Source: Galactobacter sp.
Lineage (GTDB): Bacteria; Actinomycetota; Actinomycetes; Actinomycetales; Micrococcaceae
Length of the DNA stretch: 64,000 nucleotides
Direction: 5' to 3'
Assembly (NCBI GenBank): GCA_052108535.1
Contig: JBQDZM010000003.1
Coordinates: 614 to 64,613 of the forward strand
Part shown: positions 38,019 to 46,613 of the stretch, piece by piece
Numbering within the stretch: the first letter of the stretch is position 1
How the letters are laid out: the number at the start of each line of letters is the position of its first letter
Notes under the pieces: generated by a model
Told to the model about the DNA's origin: nothing
What the model saw: only the letters and a program-made list of their open reading frames with translations
Databases searched by the model: none
Position numbers and translations under genes: made by a program

Positions 38019-38551
38019 ATGCCGACGTCGACGACTCATAGTCGAGAAAAGCACGTCGTCGAGGGGCGCAGACTCAGCCTGGCGGAGCTTCTAGAGCAGG
38101 CCTCCCATACCGATGGTGGCCAGGAGAGTTCGAACCCGGCACAGACCGACCTGCGTCACAGCGCCGCCGACAACGCAGCAACCGTCCGGGCCCTACTGGC
38201 CCAGGGCGACGGCCTCTACGAGGGCTGGAGGTTCGGCATTCTCCAGACAGTGGACGACTACACCTCCTCGGTCAAACGAGGCGGAGTCGCCCTAGGGCAC
38301 GAGTCTTTAGCGACGAGCCAGAGCCGACGGGCTCCGGCGAACTTGATGCTGCGTTTGCAGCTTTGGCCGACTATCTCGCTCACCGCGACGGCTGGCGTAC
38401 GCCGAGCTGGGCAATGACAACTACTCGCCGCACGCATGACTGGTTCCCCGGTGTACCCGAGTCTTGGCGAACTGAGGCTCTCCGGGATAGTCCTGAAGCT
38501 TTCCGCAGTCGGGGGATCTGGATTACCAACAGATCCCTGGCCCGGGCGTGA
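38019..38551 (+). pseudogene. Frameshifted partner (antitoxin-like) gene of a DUF6036-type nucleotidyltransferase pair
   Basis: A -1 shift at the GGG at 38295-38297 joins ...RGGVALG to ARVFSDEPEPTGSGELDAAFAALADYLA...SPEAFRSRGIWITNRSLARA; GTGA overlap with the next gene. Confidence 0.7.
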
Positions 38552-39102
38552 CCGACGGATCTAGCAAGCGGCGCTCAGCACCACGACTCCAGGCCTTGTT
38601 TCAAGATTTGTCAGACCGGCTGGCGTTCGAAGGCCAAAACGCTCACCTGTTCATCGTCGGTGGTGCCGCCATGGCCCTCGAGTACGACCAGCAACGCACG
38701 ACCCGCGATATTGACGCGATTTTCGTCCCCACGGACGTCATGCGCAGGCTAGCAACAGACGTTGCTGTTGCCCGCGGTCTTGAACCTGACTGGATCAACG
38801 ACACGGCCAAGGGTTCAAGCCCGGCCGCGATACTGAATCTCGAGTTGTCTTCGAATCGCCATCCCCGGTCGTGGATGTCCCCTCTCCGGAGTACCTCCTA
38901 GCCATGAAGCTGCTTGCCTCTCGTGACGAAAGAGATCAAGCAGATGCCGCGTTGCTGTTCAACCTGGTCGGCTATACCTCAGCAGATGAGGCACGAGCAT
39001 TGTTGGAGCGGTCATGCCTGTCTTCGATGCTCCCCCGGTGCCTGGTACGTCGTCCAGGAAGTCGCGGACATCGCAGCTACCCAACGTCGGCAGGAACGCT
39101 AA
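38548..39102 (+). pseudogene. Frameshifted DUF6036/AbiEii-like nucleotidyltransferase (toxin-like)
   Basis: IVGGAAM...RTTRDIDA (GG...DxD NTase motif), WINDTAKG, then a -1 shift at about 38814 to FKPGRD...PSPEYLLAMKLLASRDERDQAD; probable second shift near 39032-39036. Confidence 0.75.
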
Positions 39103-39308
39103 TTTCAAGGACTGTAGCCCGGCTGTTCACCGGCTTGCTAATGCCCAGCGAAGGCACGTCACTGCACACTCAAAGTTCATAAGTCTCCGGCCAGACGCCC
39201 CAAGTCCGGCAAGCACGCCTGCAGAAGGTAGCTGGCCGAGACGGCCAGCGCGATCTCTCGGCGGAAAACATGCATGTAACAGGGAACTATACAAACCTGC
39301 ACAACCGC

Positions 39309-40625
39309 TTAGTGCAACTTTGATACCCAATCGCGATTCTGCCGATCCCCATCTATACGCTGGCGAAGCTCCTCAGCACTAATGCCCAATTTTAGACCAA
39401 ACCAAGTTCTTATAACTAGAACAGTCATACTCCAACAATTAAGAATATCCACTTCAGGCGGCAACTCTCTATTGGCATGTTTTATGCTATTGTAAATATG
39501 TGCGACACGCTCACGCCACCCGACCAAGCGCTCGGGTATTACATCGGACACTTCCGCCCACACCCTCTCGACCCTTGAGGGTAGTGGCTTGAGATTTGCT
39601 TTAGATTTACTTAATCCGTCGTCCATAAACAGCGAGAGCCCAAGAGCCTCTAGAGCTATTCCGGCTTCAAGCATCAACGCCTCAGGGGTAACCTGTTTGA
39701 AAGATCTAGAAGTTACCAAAGGACGTATCGTACGTTGGTATTTACTATGCAATTTCAACCATGATTCGATGCCAGCCATTTCCAAGTCTTCGAATCTATA
39801 GATGTGTGGGTGTTTATTAACATTAGGAACGTCGATTGGATCACCCTGGATCGGGACGGAAAGCCAGGCTTTTGCCAACGGTTTCCCGCCTACCGAACGG
39901 ATCGGTTCTTTTTCTCGCTGAACACGGATTGCGTTCGTTTCTACCGGAACCCACCGGGAGAGCATCAGAAGGTTTCTAAGCGCATCATGGACCACCATAT
40001 GCTCGTCAAAGGGCTTTGGCTCTACACACTCTGTGCGAACAAAGACGCGGGTCTTAAAGCTCATTTCAAGGCCATTTCCTGGACTCTCACAAGTCGTAAG
40101 CAGTTTTACAGAAAAATCGCCGACCGATAGCACCTCCTCCGGCACGTCGCGTGTTTCGAGTGAAATACTGCTTCCGCGTCCCGCCCCTCCGAAAGTATCT
40201 ATTTTCTCCCAGGAACGACGCCCCAGCCAATCAGCTAAACCGGAAATTTCAGTTTCAAGACCATTTATAAGTTGCCCCTCAATAGTATATTGAGACCCTT
40301 CTATGGCCATATCTGCAACGATAGTGGCATTTCCTGGTCCACCAATATTTCGATGGTAGTTTGCAGTCCGGCAGCCGCCAAGCGACAGAGACAGATGGGA
40401 ATTTCGGAAAACCATACTTTCCGGAGGCCCCTGAGGATCGTCTACCTCGTCTAGTGTCTTCCAATGTCCAAACCAACGAGCTTGAGCCTCTTCTTCATTT
40501 TGCCACTCAACGTGCACCCGAATATCTGTGCCATTATTTTCAACAACAACTCCGCGGCAAATTATATCGTTAGAGTCGTCATACAGGCTTCCGAGTTGCC
40601 ATTCTCCGGGACCAATTGTTTTCAT
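39309..40625 (-). CDS. ApeA-like HEPN domain protein (N-terminal beta-rich domain + C-terminal HEPN), putative anti-phage RNase
   Basis: INGLETEISGLADWLG segment as in ApeA N-terminal domains; helical C-terminus with ALEAL and RVAHIYNSIKHAN (HEPN-like Nx3H); visibly AT-richer than the host. Confidence 0.65.
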   Translation of the reverse strand: MKTIGPGEWQLGSLYDDSNDIICRGVVVENNGTDIRVHVEWQNEEEAQARWFGHWKTLDEVDDPQGPPESMVFRNSHLSLSLGGCRTANYHRNIGGPGNATIVADMAIEGSQYTIEGQLINGLETEISGLADWLGRRSWEKIDTFGGAGRGSSISLETRDVPEEVLSVGDFSVKLLTTCESPGNGLEMSFKTRVFVRTECVEPKPFDEHMVVHDALRNLLMLSRWVPVETNAIRVQREKEPIRSVGGKPLAKAWLSVPIQGDPIDVPNVNKHPHIYRFEDLEMAGIESWLKLHSKYQRTIRPLVTSRSFKQVTPEALMLEAGIALEALGLSLFMDDGLSKSKANLKPLPSRVERVWAEVSDVIPERLVGWRERVAHIYNSIKHANRELPPEVDILNCWSMTVLVIRTWFGLKLGISAEELRQRIDGDRQNRDWVSKLH

Positions 40626-43600
40626 CCGTTAGCTCCCAGCAACACCAGCTCCGGCAGTTCGTTCACGATCTGTTGCGTTTCCAGGGACAGGGCCACCACG
40701 CGGCCGATCAGGTCGATGATGTAGCGCGGTTGATTGTGCTCGCGAGACCAATCGTTCGGGTCGTTCACGATGCCGGATGCCTTGTCCGTCTTCACTCGGT
40801 ACCGCTCTACGATCCAGTCCAGCGCAGACCGCGAGCCCAGCATGTACTCCTGCGCCGACTCCGGGATGCCGGAGAGGGTCACCCAGCGGTTGTACTTGAG
40901 CTGGGTCTTGTCCCATGCGCCCGACTTCCCCGCATACTTCATCTTCTCCACGCGGAAACGCTCGAACTCATCCTCCGGCGCCCCCGGCAACACGGCCTCG
41001 GTCAGCGGGTACGGTTCCAGGGACTCGTAGCCGATGTGCAGCTCCGACAGCCGCCGGCCCGCCGCCACGAACGCCTCAAAGCGGTCGCGGCCCTCCACCA
41101 TCGGGATCCGCGGCAACTGCTTCTTCAGATCCGACGCATACCGCTCCCGATACTCCGGGCTGTGCAAGAGACCGTAGACGTAGAAGAACACGTCATCCTT
41201 GGTCACCTGTTCACCGTATTTCGCGCGGTACTGGGCCTGCGCCCAGTCGGTGATGTTGTCGACGCGCTGCGGACCACCTTCTTCAGTGCCCGACGCCGCG
41301 AACAGCGTCTCGCCGTCGTCCTGACTTCCCGGGACGTCGGTGTAGGAGTAGCGGGCGAAGAACTGGCCACCGCTACCGGCTCCGGTCACGTGCAAATCTG
41401 GGATCGCGTTCGTCATCAGGACGCTGAACGGAACCGCTGAGCCAGAGCCGACGTTGTAGAACCCGAAGTTCTCGGCCGCCGCTGTTGGGAACAACTCGTT
41501 CAGCCGGTACACCATGTCATTTGCCCGACGATCAAAATAGACCTGCTGCTTCTGGAACGGACGATAGACCGATTCGCGGAAACCTGACGGCACGATGGCG
41601 TACTTCGTCCCACGAGCAATTTGTTTGAAGTCGTCCCGGTTCCAGCTGATCTTGGTGGCGTCGTAGTTCACGAAGGACTTTGGATCGCCAGTAGACCCGG
41701 TGGCAGCGAAGCGATCGACCTCCGAGTTGTAGAACTCGACCATGCTCCGGACATTGTCTTGGAGGCCGGGTGAAGACGAGTTGTAGGCCCAGGCGTCTCG
41801 GTTAGTCTTCAGTCCGCCTGACTGGATCTCGAAGATCGTCTTCATGTTCTTCTTGTCCTTGTCCGCGATGGGTGGGTAGGACTCGTAGTTGGGGTCTCGC
41901 TGGTTGATCCAGTCGCCGGCCTCGTTTGGGGTGATGGTCTCCCAGTCCAGATTGTCCAGCGTTGAGTCGCCGACCAGTGCCAGCTTGGTGTCTCGGTCCA
42001 GGTAGTCGCCGATGTCCTTGTAGTGCAGCACCGACTGCTCGACATTGCCGGGGCGCTTGACCAGCAGCAGAATCGCCACCGTGGCTCGGGAACCGGCGCC
42101 GAAGATCTGTCCGCCTTCCATGTGCGCTTGAACGCCGGACGTTCGGGTGTTCCCCCGCAGGTTGTGGACATAGATCTCGTGGAACTCGTCGGTCAGCGTC
42201 TTGCGCAGCCCGTCCGCCGTGTTGCCGTCGATGTAGCCGCCATTGGAGACGTAGCAGACCACGCCGCCATGCTCTGATCCGAGCACGCGGTTCGACGCCC
42301 AGCGGATGGCACGGATGTAGGAGTCGTAGAGCGAGTTCTTGTTGGTCGCCGTGGTCCGGTCGGCATAGGTGGACCGGATGGACTCGTCCAGGGTGGGGTA
42401 CTTCAGGTTCGCGTTGTTGTCGTTCCCCGAGGTCTGCCCCACGGAGTAGGGCGGGTTGCCGATGATCACGCGGATGTCGAGGGCGTTCTGCTCCACCACG
42501 CGGTCGTTGTTGTTCGTGAAGACGCGTTCGTCCAGGACGTCCCCGTCCTCGGTCATCTGGAAGGTGTCGGTGAGGACGATGCCCTCGAACGGGGCATAGC
42601 CCACCTCGGTTGGCCCCGCGTTGTCGGGCGTGGCTCTTTCACCTGCGGCCTTCACCTGGATTCCGTGGAAGGTGGCCTCGATGTTGATCGCGGCGATGTA
42701 GTACGCCATGAGCAGGATCTCGTTGGCGTGCAGCTCCGAGGCGTACTTGCGGGCCAGGTCATCGGGTTTGATGAGGCCGGATTGCAGCAGGCGCGTGATG
42801 AATGTGCCGGTCCCGGTGAAAGGATCCAGCACATGCACACCCTCATCGGAGATGCTCGCATTGAAGTGTTCCTTCAGAGCGTCATCGACCGCACGGAGGA
42901 TGAAATCCACCACCGGCAGCGGCGTATAGACAATGCCCAACGACTCCGCCGTCTTGGGGAAGGCCAGCTTGAAGAAACGCTCATAGAGTTCCGTGATGAT
43001 CTTCTGCTTGCCGGCGGCATCCTCTATGCCCTCGGCCCGAACCCGCACGGAGCGGTAGAACTCCTCCAGCGAGGCCGTCTCCGAATCCAGGTTGTAGGAA
43101 TCCAGCACCGTGAGCATGGAGTCCATGACCTGGGAGACCGGGTTGTGCTGGGAGAACTGGTAGTCCTCAAAGAGGGCATCGAACACCGGCTTGGTGATCA
43201 GGTGCTGCACCAGCATGTCCACGGCATCCGCTGTTGAGATGCCCTCGTTCAGGTTGGCCCGCAGGCCCTCCAAGAAGCCCTCAAACTCCTGGGCAGGGCG
43301 CGGGTCGGTGCCGGTGAGAATGGTCTTGATGCGGGTGACCTGGCGGTCAGCGATGTCCTTGACGTCGGACGCCCAGTCTTCCCAGTAGCGGCGGTCGCCC
43401 ACCTTCTTCACCATCCGGGCGAAGATCGCGTCCTCCCAGTCCTTGGCCCTGGCCATGCTGAACAATGCCTCGGTCTGCTGGTTGTTCATGGTGTTCGGGT
43501 CGGAGTCGGGGTCCTGGCCCGAGCCGACCCCGATCACGTCGATGCGGGTATTGGCTTGGCTGTCAACGTCGATCTTGTTGATCATCGCCTCGAAGCGGTC

Positions 43601-45598
43601 GTCGTGCGCGCGAAGCGCCTGCAGCACGTCCCAGACGACCTTGTACTTCTTGTTATCGTTCAGCGCGGTCTCCGGATCCTGGGACGCAGGGACCGCGATC
43701 GGCAGGATGATGTAGCCGTATTCCTTATTAGTGGTGGCCGACTTCCGCATCACCCGACCCACCGCCTGCACCACATCCACCTGCGAGTTCCGCGGATTCA
43801 GGAACAGCACGGCATCCAGGCTCGGAACGTCCACACCCTCGGTGAGGCACTTCGCGTTGGTCAGAATCCGGCAGGTGTTCTGACCAGCCTGCTCCTGCAA
43901 CCAACTCAGCTTCTTACCGCGCTGAGCCACCGAGAACGTGCCATCCACATGCTCGGCCTCCAGCCTCAGCGCACTCGCGGGAGGCTCCTCAGCCAACGTC
44001 TCGGCGGAAGCCGACTCCGCGTCGTCGCGCACCATGTTTTCCTTGGCAACCGGGCCGAGCTCACCAGCATTGGCGAGCAGCTCGCGGCCAACGCGCTCAA
44101 ATTGCTGAGCAAGGGCCTTGGACTCCTTGATGTTGCGGGCAAAGGCAACCGCACGATGCATGGGTGCCGTGTCAGTGACGGAGAGACGCTGGCCATTCAT
44201 GCCGCGCTTGGAAAGGCCGTTCCAGCACCCCACGATCCGCGCGACATCATCCAGGTTCATCTCCCCGCCCTCGCTGAGCAGGTCCTGGAAAGAGGTGGCC
44301 ACGGATTCCTCGTCCACGGCGAGGATGAGCACCTTGTAATCGGCGAGGTGGCCCTCCTCCACCGCCTTGCCGAAGCCCAGGTGATGGAACTCGGGACCGT
44401 AGATCTCCTCGCTGTCCATGGAGGCCAGGACCACGCCAGACTGATCCGCCTTCGCTTTGGAATCCTCGCCGAAGATCCGCGGAGTCGCGGTCATGTAGAG
44501 CCGCTTGGCCGCGCGCAAGTAGGTGTCATCGTGGACGCGTACGAAGTTCGAATCATCCGTACCAGGGACCTTGGCCCCCGTAGTCCGATGGGCCTCATCG
44601 CACACGACCAGATCGAAGGCCGGCAACGGGTGCGTGGGATCCTGCTGAGCCTGGTGGATCACCTCGATCGACTGATACGTCGAGAAGACGACGTTCAGCG
44701 ACTTCTTCTCCCCTGGTTGGGCAACGTGACCCTCGTTGGCCTGGCGGAAACGCTGAGCTAGTTTCTCTGCGTCCGTGGTTGCTGGGAATCCGAGTTCGTG
44801 GGCTCGCATGTCCTCGTTTGTGGTCCGTCGTCCCACTGACGTGTCCGAACAAACCGCGAAGGCACGGATCCGGGACTCAGACTGTGCTGTCCATTCGTTC
44901 AGAGTCTGCTGCAGCAGCGCGATGGAAGGGACCAGGAACAGGACGGTGCCGCCATCCCGGACTTCCTCCTCCACGAGGCGAAGCGAGGTGAAGGTCTTGC
45001 CCGTGCCGCAGGCCATGATCAGCTTGCCCCGATCATGCAAGCTGAACCCCTTTTTGACAGCGTCGATGGCTGTACGTTGGTACGGGCGCGGGCGCTTGTT
45101 CTGGGCCTTGGCCAGGTCATCCGGCTTGTCGAAGTCGAACAGGGACCAGTCGATGGATGAGTTCTCGAAGCCTTCCAGGCCGAAGAGCTGGGTCGGCTTG
45201 GACTGGGCCTCGAGTGACGACTTCAGATTCGGAGAGATGCCGCCTGCCGTGTGGACAATCAGCCCCTGAGAGAAGTCCTTGGTACCCAATTGGGTGAAGA
45301 ACGAATCGACGGCAGACTTCTGCAGCGGGCGGGACGGATCATAGAACTTCGCCTGGATGGCCGTGAGCTCACCGGTCACCCGATCCTGTGCCACCAGGTC
45401 AACACCCGTGTCTCTGCCCGAGCGGCCTGGCCACTCATCCCAGAGCCAGACGTTGGAGAACTCTTCAGCATACTTCGGGTCCAGGAGCAGGAAGCGCTTG
45501 AGCATCCGCTCGAACTTGGTCCCCTTGTCCCGTTCACTTCGATTTGATTCATCGAAGTAGAGACGGTCGAAAACTTCGGCGAAGGTCTGAGTGCTCAC
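40622..45598 (-). CDS. Type ISP single-polypeptide restriction-modification enzyme (LlaGI/LlaBIII-like)
   Basis: Mrr-like nuclease DTGVDLV...IQAK, SF2 helicase MACGTGKT and DEAH, MTase motifs VLDPFTGTGTF and IGNPPY, C-terminal TRD. TAGTCT -10 hexamer 6 nt before GTG 45598 (ORF-track start 45604). Confidence 0.93.
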   Translation of the reverse strand: MSTQTFAEVFDRLYFDESNRSERDKGTKFERMLKRFLLLDPKYAEEFSNVWLWDEWPGRSGRDTGVDLVAQDRVTGELTAIQAKFYDPSRPLQKSAVDSFFTQLGTKDFSQGLIVHTAGGISPNLKSSLEAQSKPTQLFGLEGFENSSIDWSLFDFDKPDDLAKAQNKRPRPYQRTAIDAVKKGFSLHDRGKLIMACGTGKTFTSLRLVEEEVRDGGTVLFLVPSIALLQQTLNEWTAQSESRIRAFAVCSDTSVGRRTTNEDMRAHELGFPATTDAEKLAQRFRQANEGHVAQPGEKKSLNVVFSTYQSIEVIHQAQQDPTHPLPAFDLVVCDEAHRTTGAKVPGTDDSNFVRVHDDTYLRAAKRLYMTATPRIFGEDSKAKADQSGVVLASMDSEEIYGPEFHHLGFGKAVEEGHLADYKVLILAVDEESVATSFQDLLSEGGEMNLDDVARIVGCWNGLSKRGMNGQRLSVTDTAPMHRAVAFARNIKESKALAQQFERVGRELLANAGELGPVAKENMVRDDAESASAETLAEEPPASALRLEAEHVDGTFSVAQRGKKLSWLQEQAGQNTCRILTNAKCLTEGVDVPSLDAVLFLNPRNSQVDVVQAVGRVMRKSATTNKEYGYIILPIAVPASQDPETALNDNKKYKVVWDVLQALRAHDDRFEAMINKIDVDSQANTRIDVIGVGSGQDPDSDPNTMNNQQTEALFSMARAKDWEDAIFARMVKKVGDRRYWEDWASDVKDIADRQVTRIKTILTGTDPRPAQEFEGFLEGLRANLNEGISTADAVDMLVQHLITKPVFDALFEDYQFSQHNPVSQVMDSMLTVLDSYNLDSETASLEEFYRSVRVRAEGIEDAAGKQKIITELYERFFKLAFPKTAESLGIVYTPLPVVDFILRAVDDALKEHFNASISDEGVHVLDPFTGTGTFITRLLQSGLIKPDDLARKYASELHANEILLMAYYIAAINIEATFHGIQVKAAGERATPDNAGPTEVGYAPFEGIVLTDTFQMTEDGDVLDERVFTNNNDRVVEQNALDIRVIIGNPPYSVGQTSGNDNNANLKYPTLDESIRSTYADRTTATNKNSLYDSYIRAIRWASNRVLGSEHGGVVCYVSNGGYIDGNTADGLRKTLTDEFHEIYVHNLRGNTRTSGVQAHMEGGQIFGAGSRATVAILLLVKRPGNVEQSVLHYKDIGDYLDRDTKLALVGDSTLDNLDWETITPNEAGDWINQRDPNYESYPPIADKDKKNMKTIFEIQSGGLKTNRDAWAYNSSSPGLQDNVRSMVEFYNSEVDRFAATGSTGDPKSFVNYDATKISWNRDDFKQIARGTKYAIVPSGFRESVYRPFQKQQVYFDRRANDMVYRLNELFPTAAAENFGFYNVGSGSAVPFSVLMTNAIPDLHVTGAGSGGQFFARYSYTDVPGSQDDGETLFAASGTEEGGPQRVDNITDWAQAQYRAKYGEQVTKDDVFFYVYGLLHSPEYRERYASDLKKQLPRIPMVEGRDRFEAFVAAGRRLSELHIGYESLEPYPLTEAVLPGAPEDEFERFRVEKMKYAGKSGAWDKTQLKYNRWVTLSGIPESAQEYMLGSRSALDWIVERYRVKTDKASGIVNDPNDWSREHNQPRYIIDLIGRVVALSLETQQIVNELPELVLLGANG

Positions 45599-45699
45599 AT
45601 TCACAGACTAGTCGTGCTCTGCGCCGGCCGACCAATGCAACTCTCTCTCAAACGGCGCACTTGGTCGCGCTCGAAGCCGGATTACGCAGAACCCAACAT

Positions 45700-46251
45700 T
45701 TATGGAATATAGGCCCACACATCGCACTCCGGGTCATCCTCGTGATCCCAGAGCCTGACGAAACCATGCCGACCGAGAAGGCCTTGGCTCGGGGTGTTCG
45801 CCTTCCGTATGTGAGCCCACACGGGAACCGGTGAGTCGCCCTCATGCATGCCGGTGCTGTAGCGAGAGTCCAACTCTGCGGCCATACTCAACCCCTGCAT
45901 GACGGCAGCGTCTCCGCACCCCTTACCCCGGTGGCCCACGGAAACAGCAAGACAGACAATGAGAAGCTGACCGACGACTTCACCTGTCTCGGGAATCGTG
46001 CCCCGCTGCACCTCCAGCTCAACGTATGAAACAAGCTCCCTGCCCTCGTACCCGAGCTGAATGGTTCGGTCATAGTTGTTACCGCGTGGTGTAACACCCC
46101 GGATGTGGTTCTGCACGGACAGCTCATGCGGGTACTTGTGGGGCGGTCGACCACGTCCGAGTTCATACCCGGGTGGTTTCGGAGGATCTGCACAAGTGAA
46201 GCCAGCCAGATCGCGGATGTGCTCCCTGCTCAGTTCATGCCAAGTGAGCAC
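45700..46251 (-). CDS. GNAT-fold protein, putative toxin
   Basis: N-terminal LAGFTCAD resembles the FDCG motif of GNAT toxins; LAVSVGHRGKGCG acetyl-CoA motif A; N..S..L..RHGF motif B. Confidence 0.7.
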   Translation of the reverse strand: MLTWHELSREHIRDLAGFTCADPPKPPGYELGRGRPPHKYPHELSVQNHIRGVTPRGNNYDRTIQLGYEGRELVSYVELEVQRGTIPETGEVVGQLLIVCLAVSVGHRGKGCGDAAVMQGLSMAAELDSRYSTGMHEGDSPVPVWAHIRKANTPSQGLLGRHGFVRLWDHEDDPECDVWAYIP

Positions 46252-46447
46252 GGCTCAGTGCGCGAATATACTCTGTAGCCCGAACGACCTGAGCATTCGT
46301 CATCGTGGCGTCGATGGTCTCGAACTTTCTGAGAGCGGCCTTGTGCTCATCCTCGGTGAAACCATATCCATCGTCGTCCAACCGAGAGACGACCGTGGAC
46401 TGGTCAGCGATAGCTCTGCGTGCCTGTGCTGTCGTCGTCATGTTCAC
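46235..46447 (-). CDS. 70-aa hypothetical protein, putative antitoxin
   Basis: Own RBS (GGAAGGGG); overlaps the GNAT start by 17 nt; acidic core LDDDGYGFTEDEH and helical C-terminus. Confidence 0.6.
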   Translation of the reverse strand: MNMTTTAQARRAIADQSTVVSRLDDDGYGFTEDEHKAALRKFETIDATMTNAQVVRATEYIRALSRAHLA

Positions 46448-46613
46448 GCCCCTTCCACGGACTGCAACTGCTGGACACCGCTTACCCTAGCCTGCATCTG
46501 CTGGAGGCGCGAGATGTAAGCAGCAAGAATCACGCCCTATGGAGCTCCAGTCAAGCGAAGGCCCAAACGGGCATTTTCTCGCCTGCGTTCCGCTAGATTC
46601 CGCGGCAGTAGCC

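Noticed and set aside
38120-38145. gttcgaacccgg as a tRNA T-arm or integration site at the island edge
   Set aside because: No cloverleaf can be built; it lies inside a coding frame.
43556-44761. Long plus-strand ORFs (also 40616-41440) within the RM gene
   Set aside because: Antisense shadows of the Type ISP CDS.
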